Positions 52,706-64,000 of a DNA stretch of 64,000 nt are shown here, piece by piece. The notes under the pieces are model-generated. The model saw nothing but the letters and a program-made list of their open reading frames with translations. It made no database searches and had not been told where the DNA came from. Origin of the DNA: Eledone cirrhosa (Eukaryota); the NCBI GenBank assembly GCA_964016885.1, contig OZ024756.1:43710001-43774000 (forward strand). The letters run 5' to 3'. Both the position numbers and the translations under genes were made by a program. How positions within the stretch are numbered: the stretch's first letter is position 1; each line of letters starts with the position of its first letter.

Positions 52706-53129
52706 CCTTCTAATCATAGCAAAGACAAACACATGCGTCTCATTCATTTTACTAACCTAATACACTTTAGTAATATGAGATCCATTGATTTCTTGAGAAT
52801 TATCTGTACAGCGTAATCAATTGTAACTCTGCAGCAAAAGTGGAGAGCTGTTGCTAAGTGCAACTGTTGGTTTGATGGAGAGACTGGCAACGGAGATAGC
52901 AGTGAAAGCAGCCAAAATGTGAGGTGTCAGTTTCAATATTACACTGCAAGTTTGAGGACTGAAGTGTTATTAAAATGAGGTCAGGAAGAGTATAGACTTA
53001 CAGACAAACAGCTCACACTATAAAGCACAAGGATTATACTGCTCTGTGTGTGTGTGTGTATTTACTTATGTATATGTGTGCATTTATATATATATGCACA
53101 CATACATACACACACACATACTCTTATAT

Positions 53130-53682
53130 ATCATCATCATCATCACCGTTTTATGTCCGTTCTTCCACGCTAGCATGGGTTAGAAGGGTTGTTCTGTTGT
53201 GGGCAGTGTCCAGTCGGCTGACCTTGTCTTGCTCAAACTGATTCTGGCTTGATTTCTACAGCTGGATGCCCTTCCTAACACCAACCTCATTTACAGTGTG
53301 GGCTGGGTGCTTTTTTGCCGTGACACCTCCACGACCACTTTGCAGTGGGAGAGGGTGGGGCCATATTGTCTATATGGTTCAGCTTCAGCTTGTACCCGTG
53401 GGAAGTCGGGTCTTCTGTATTACTGTGTGACGCCAGAGGTCACGGTCGTGTGTCATCGCCTTTGAGGGGTGCAATTGGGTAAAGTTGGCTTTTATCACCT
53501 CATCCCAGGTCTTCTTGGGTCTCCCCACTCCGCGGCTTCCATCATCTTCTAGTCCTCTGCACCTTTTTATGTAGCTGTCATCCTTCATACGCATCACATG
53601 TCCATACCAACGTAACCTCCTCTCCTGCACACAGCATTTGATTCCTCTTATGCTCAGTCTTTCTCTCAATTTGTTTATGCTT
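53130..53682 (-). mobile_element. RTE family B (diverged) 3' fragment
   Basis: LRERLSIRGIKCCVQERRLRWYGH, 3'UTR and tail. Confidence 0.9.
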
Positions 53683-53862
53683 ATATATATATATGTTTGT
53701 GTGTGTAAATGTATATATATGTGTGTGTGTATGTATGTATATTCAATCATCTTCCTTGGGGTACAAGCCTTTCAAAGCTCCTATGGTTGAATATTTTATG
53801 AGTTATTTTTTTTAATGTTTCATTCTTCAACTCACTGCAGTATATACAATTATTATTATTAT

Positions 53863-54480
53863 TAGGGTGGTGGATTGTCAGTAATTGGTAGAGTGTCGGA
53901 CAACATGCTTTGTGGCATAGTTACGGCCTTTTACATTCTGATTTGAAATCCTACTGCTTTGCCTTTCCTCCTTATGAGGTTAATAAAATAAAGTACCAGT
54001 AATGCACTGGGGTCGATTTAATCAATTTTCCCCTCTCCCTAAAATGCTGGCCTTGTGCCTAAATCAGAAACCATTATTGTTATAGTTATCATCATCATTA
54101 TTTTTAAGGCTTTCCAGCATAGTTACGTTCCTTTACAGTCTGAGTTCAAATCCCGCCAAAGTTAACTTTGCCTTTCATCTTTAAGGGGTCGATAAAATAA
54201 AGTACCAGTAATGTACTGGGTAATTGCTGGCCTTGTGCCAAAAGTAGAAACAATTATTTTTAAGGGGATGGATCGTCAGAACCGGTAGAGCTTTGTGGTA
54301 TTTAGTTACGACTTTCTATGTCCACGCTTCAAATCCTGCCGGGGTTAATTTTACCATTCATTCCTACGGGGTCTTTAAAATAAAGTACCAGTAATGCACT
54401 GGTGGTCGATTTAATTGACTTTCCCCTCTCCTAAAATTGTTGGCCTTGTGCCTAAACCATTATTATTATTATCATTATTA
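53863..54480 (+). mobile_element. Head-to-tail cluster of three family-1 SINEs upstream of the last exon
   Basis: Three core-plus-tail units separated by (ATT/ATC)n. Confidence 0.85.
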
Positions 54481-54576
54481 TATATATTTTTTTATATAAT
54501 TTCTACCTGTAATGTATACCTGTTTTAGCTAGTTTCGGGTGTGATCCAGTATGAATCCTTTTTGGCCTCTTTCCAG

Positions 54577-54897
54577 CTGGGAGAACCTTCGGAGATGCTG
54601 GCTGTAAACTACTATCCAGAAAACGGTAGCAGGCGACATACCCAAGAAACCTCCGGGTTTCTTCCGTCTCGCGGAGATGCCACCCATCAAATGGACGATA
54701 TGGATGGGTCCTACCCCCCTCCACCACCACCACCTCCACCCAAACCTCCACACTCACCTGAGTCGAGCTATCCAGACCAACTTCATTACGCCGAGCTTGA
54801 ACACGCTGTGAGAGATTCGAAGGATCGTCGTTCCAAGGTTATACCCAAACACGAAACACTTTACGCCGAGGTAGAAATTGAAAAGTTGAAAACTTAA
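54577..54897 (+). CDS. Host gene terminal coding exon D: cytoplasmic tail with poly-Pro, ITIM (LHYAEL) and ITSM (TLYAEV)
   Basis: Pyrimidine tract and ttccag| acceptor in phase 0, matching the exon C donor; open to TAA at 54897; GC-richer unique sequence. Linkage to exons A-C across 48 kb is inferred, and extra exons cannot be excluded. Confidence 0.8.
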   Translation: MGEPSEMLAVNYYPENGSRRHTQETSGFLPSRGDATHQMDDMDGSYPPPPPPPPPKPPHSPESSYPDQLHYAELEHAVRDSKDRRSKVIPKHETLYAEVEIEKLKT

Positions 54898-55008
54898 ATG
54901 TTTCTGCTTTTTGTTTTTACTATCAAGTATAAAATTTTTAAATCCAAAGGATCATCATAAGCATCATAATCATCATTATTATTATCATTATTATTATTAT
55001 TATTATTA

Positions 55009-56412
55009 TGGCGGTGGATTGGCAGTATCGGTAGAGGGTTGGGCGCCATGCTTTCTAGCATAGTTACGTCCCTTTATTGTCTGAGTTCAAATCCTGTTGA
55101 GGTTAACTTTGCCTTTCATCCTCACTGGGTCGATAAAATAAAGTACCAGTAATGTACTGGAGTAATTGCTGGCCTTGTGCCAAAAGTAGAAACAATTATT
55201 ACTATTATTGTTGTCAGTATTGGTAGAGCTTTAGTTAAAATGGCTAGACGGTATTTCTTCTGGCTCTTTGTTCTGTGTTTGAATTCCACTAAGCTCAACT
55301 TTGCCTCTCATCTTCCCAGGATCGATAAAATAAAGTACCAGTTAAGTACTGGGGTCAATTTAATCGACCCCCCCCCCCACACACACACCCTAAACAATTG
55401 TTGGTCTTGTACCTAAATCAGGGACCATTATAAGGGGTGTGTTGGCAGAGCTGGTAGAGTCACAGACAAATGGTTAACTATTTTTTCTGCCACTTTACGT
55501 TCTGAATATGAATCCTGCTGAGATCAACTTTGCCTTTCATCCTGAATGAAATACCAGTAACATACTGAGGTCAATATAGTTGATTTTCCCCTCTCCACAA
55601 ATTGCAGCCCTTGGGCTTAAAGTGGAAATCATTATTATCATTGCTATCATAACATTTCAACTGGCTGCATCTGGCCAGAATTCTCACCTTTTTCTGTTCA
55701 AACCGGCCATAACTGGCTGCTCATACTGACATTAAGGTATTGTTCTCAAAATAAATATCTCAGATTCGATATTATGTGAGGTAAAGCCTTTGCCGTGAAA
55801 ATATAATAGTAAATATAGAGTAATGTAAATCTTAAATTGTTAATGGTCGTGGATTGGCAGAATTGTTAGAACATTTGCTGTAGCTCTTTAAATCCTGCTG
55901 AGGTCAACTTTGACTTTCATCGTTCTAGGGTCGATAAAGTACCAATGAAATCTCTTTCCCCAAGTTTTTCTTCAGCTCACTGAGGTCAACTTTACCTCTT
56001 ATTCTTCCAAGATCAACGAAAATACTAGTCATGTCCTGGGGATGATATAATTGACATTATTTCCCCTTCCCTCTCAAATTTGCAGGTCTTAGATTAGAAA
56101 CCATTAACACAAAATACCAGTAACGCACTGGGGTCGATTTAATGAACTTTCCCCTCCCCCAAAATTGCTGGCTTTGAGCCTATTATTATTATTATTAAAT
56201 GAAGATTATCATTAATATTTGGTGGGTTTGACAAAGTTGATGCCAGTGTGTTGGTCCTTCTGGCTTTTTATCTTCTAACTTCAATCCCCACCGAAGTTTA
56301 ACTTTGGTGTGTTGATAAAATAAAGTACCAGTTAAATACTGGGGTCTAGTTAATCCCTTTCTTCTCCCCCTGAAATTACTACCTTTGTGCCTCAATTAAA
56401 AAACCATTCTTA
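55009..56412 (+). mobile_element. Cluster of ~6-7 family-1 SINE copies/fragments downstream of the stop codon
   Basis: Repeated CTTTCATCC..GATAAAATAAAGTACCAG cores, all in + orientation. Confidence 0.8.
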
Positions 56413-56453
56413 TTATTTAAAGTTCTTCATTCTATTGTTAATGGTGCCTTTAG

Positions 56454-62130
<5,677 letters not shown>

Positions 62131-62580
62131 AAGGCGCTCTTAAGAGTCAATAGCCATCCAAAATCACCGGGAGAGATGACCCCTTAGCCTTTGTCAAGGC
62201 AGAATTCTAGGATAAGGAAAACTCTGATATAACACCTGCAACCCCGATGGTATCCAATAATGTTGACTTGTTCTTCTTTTTGGTAAATATCATCTTGGTT
62301 AAGAGAGTGGGACTGGCTTTGTGCAGTGCCTTTGCTCACTATAAAAGCTTCACGGCACAGGCATTGCTTTATATCTGGAGAACTCTCTGCACTTGTCGTC
62401 ACATGGTACCATGGGCCCAGCACTATGTGTCAATAATTGTCACAAGTGTAGTGTTTGTACCAGAGTTTTCAAGTCGCTGGCTGGACTAAAAAGTCACACT
62501 CGTTCAGCGCATTGGTAGGGGTTCTCCTACATGGATATAAAGTAGTGGCCGTACTCGAAAACGAGTTGGCAGCCACCATG
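62131..62580 (-). mobile_element. Decayed Penelope-like fragment: possible GIY-YIG C-terminus plus 5' half of a hammerhead
   Basis: Minus frame CLCREAFIV....SLNQDD resembles the R..EA..I...LN.D end of Penelope-type GIY-YIG nucleases; followed by CC-TTGACAA-AGGC..GCCT, cut off by (TA)n. Confidence 0.5.
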
Positions 62581-63023
62581 TATGTATGTATGTATGTATG
62601 TATGTATGTATGTATGTATGTATGTATGTATGTATGTATGTATGTATTTAATGCGCCAGGCAGTTGTAGGGTATGAGGTTATGACCAATATAATCATTGG
62701 TTAAGAATAGCCTCTCTCTCTCTCTCTCTCTGCTCCCTCTCTCTCTCTATGTATATATATATATATATATGCAAAAGGCAAACTGAAATAACAAACCAAA
62801 CGACACAGTACAATGAAGAAATATATTAGTTTAACGCTTGATGTGGTAGGAAAAGAGTCTTAATATATTGGGTTGTCAAGTATGAAATTTGTAGAAAAAA
62901 CAAAGTTTGTTAATGCCTCACTACAAATTTCGTACTTGACGACCCAATAGATAGATATTTAAATATATAATCAAGTATATAGATGGGAGAATTAAAAAAA
63001 ATATGATTTAAAAGCTAAGTTTT

Positions 63024-63117
<94 letters not shown>

Positions 63118-63215
63118 ATATATATGTATATATATGTGTGTGTATATATATATATACATATATGTATATATATATATATACACACACATATATATACATA
63201 TATATACATATATAT

Positions 63216-63234
63216 ACACAAAGTAAAGAATCAA

Positions 63235-63287
<53 letters not shown>

Positions 63288-63449
63288 TATATACATACAT
63301 ATATATATACATATATATGCATATTTATACATATATGTATATATATGTATATATATGCATATATATGTATATATATATGTATATATATATATGTGTATAT
63401 TTATGTATATATATATATATATATATATACTTGATTCTTTACTTTGTGT
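63216..63449. repeat. ~230-bp imperfect palindrome
   Basis: ACACAAAGTAAAGAATCAAGTA ... TACTTGATTCTTTACTTTGTGT, with a mirrored AC-to-GT microsatellite interior. Confidence 0.85.
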
Positions 63450-63654
63450 TTGTTTCAAATTCCAAATCTTCATGCCTAAAAACTTCTTTTCCTTCAAACA
63501 AATCAAGCTAATTCTGAAAAGACGTGGCAATTATATATTATCATATATAATTCTCTGATTTCCTTTGAGCTCTGTATATTTAATTTTACCTTTGTTATGT
63601 GTGTGCGTGTGTATGTATGCACATATATATATATAAATATATACAAATATGTAT

Positions 63655-64000
63655 ATATATATATGTGTGTACATATATATGTATATATGTGTGTACATAT
63701 ATATGTATATATATGTGTACATATATATGTATATATATGTGTACATATATATGTATATATATGTGTACATATATATGTATATATATGTGTACATATATAT
63801 GTATATATGTGTGTACATAGATATGTATATATGTGTACATATATATGTATATATGTGTACATATATATGTATATATGTGTACATATATATGTATATATGT
63901 GTACATATATATGTATATATGTGTGTACATATATATGTATATATATGTGTGTACATATATATGTATATATATGTGTGTACATATATATGTATATATGTGT
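63655..64000. repeat. 22-26 bp minisatellite (GTGTACATATATATGTATATAT) running off the window
   Basis: Read directly. Confidence 0.9.

Overview
AT-rich eukaryotic DNA, most likely from a cephalopod (octopus-like); this is inferred from the (TA)n load and the RTE/SINE repertoire, not proven. One host gene crosses the window on the + strand. Four phase-compatible exons (4629-4742, 5591-5624, 6457-6511, 54577-54897) encode the transmembrane segment and cytoplasmic tail of a type I membrane protein ending in a poly-Pro tract, an ITIM (LHYAEL) and an ITSM (TLYAEV). Its last intron is about 48 kb, mostly two retroelement nests (about 7.0-21.8 kb and 23.1-45.1 kb) in which three RTE families, a CR1-clade LINE, Penelope-like fragments and a CORE-type SINE sit in (TA)n microsatellite. 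Highlights: (1) an ORF-intact RTE with a PHD finger inside its RT and seven and a quarter tandem ~620-640 bp monomers at its 5' end; (2) a diagnostic target motif re-duplicated at successive insertion junctions; (3) two 5'-to-5' chimeras of different LINE families; (4) hammerhead ribozyme folds, several with the variant U3-A8 core; (5) a SINE whose tail comes from two different RTE families; (6) a Helitron-like element carrying a 57-bp satellite. The long Tyr/Ile-rich ORFs are microsatellite artefacts. All calls were made by eye, with no database searches.
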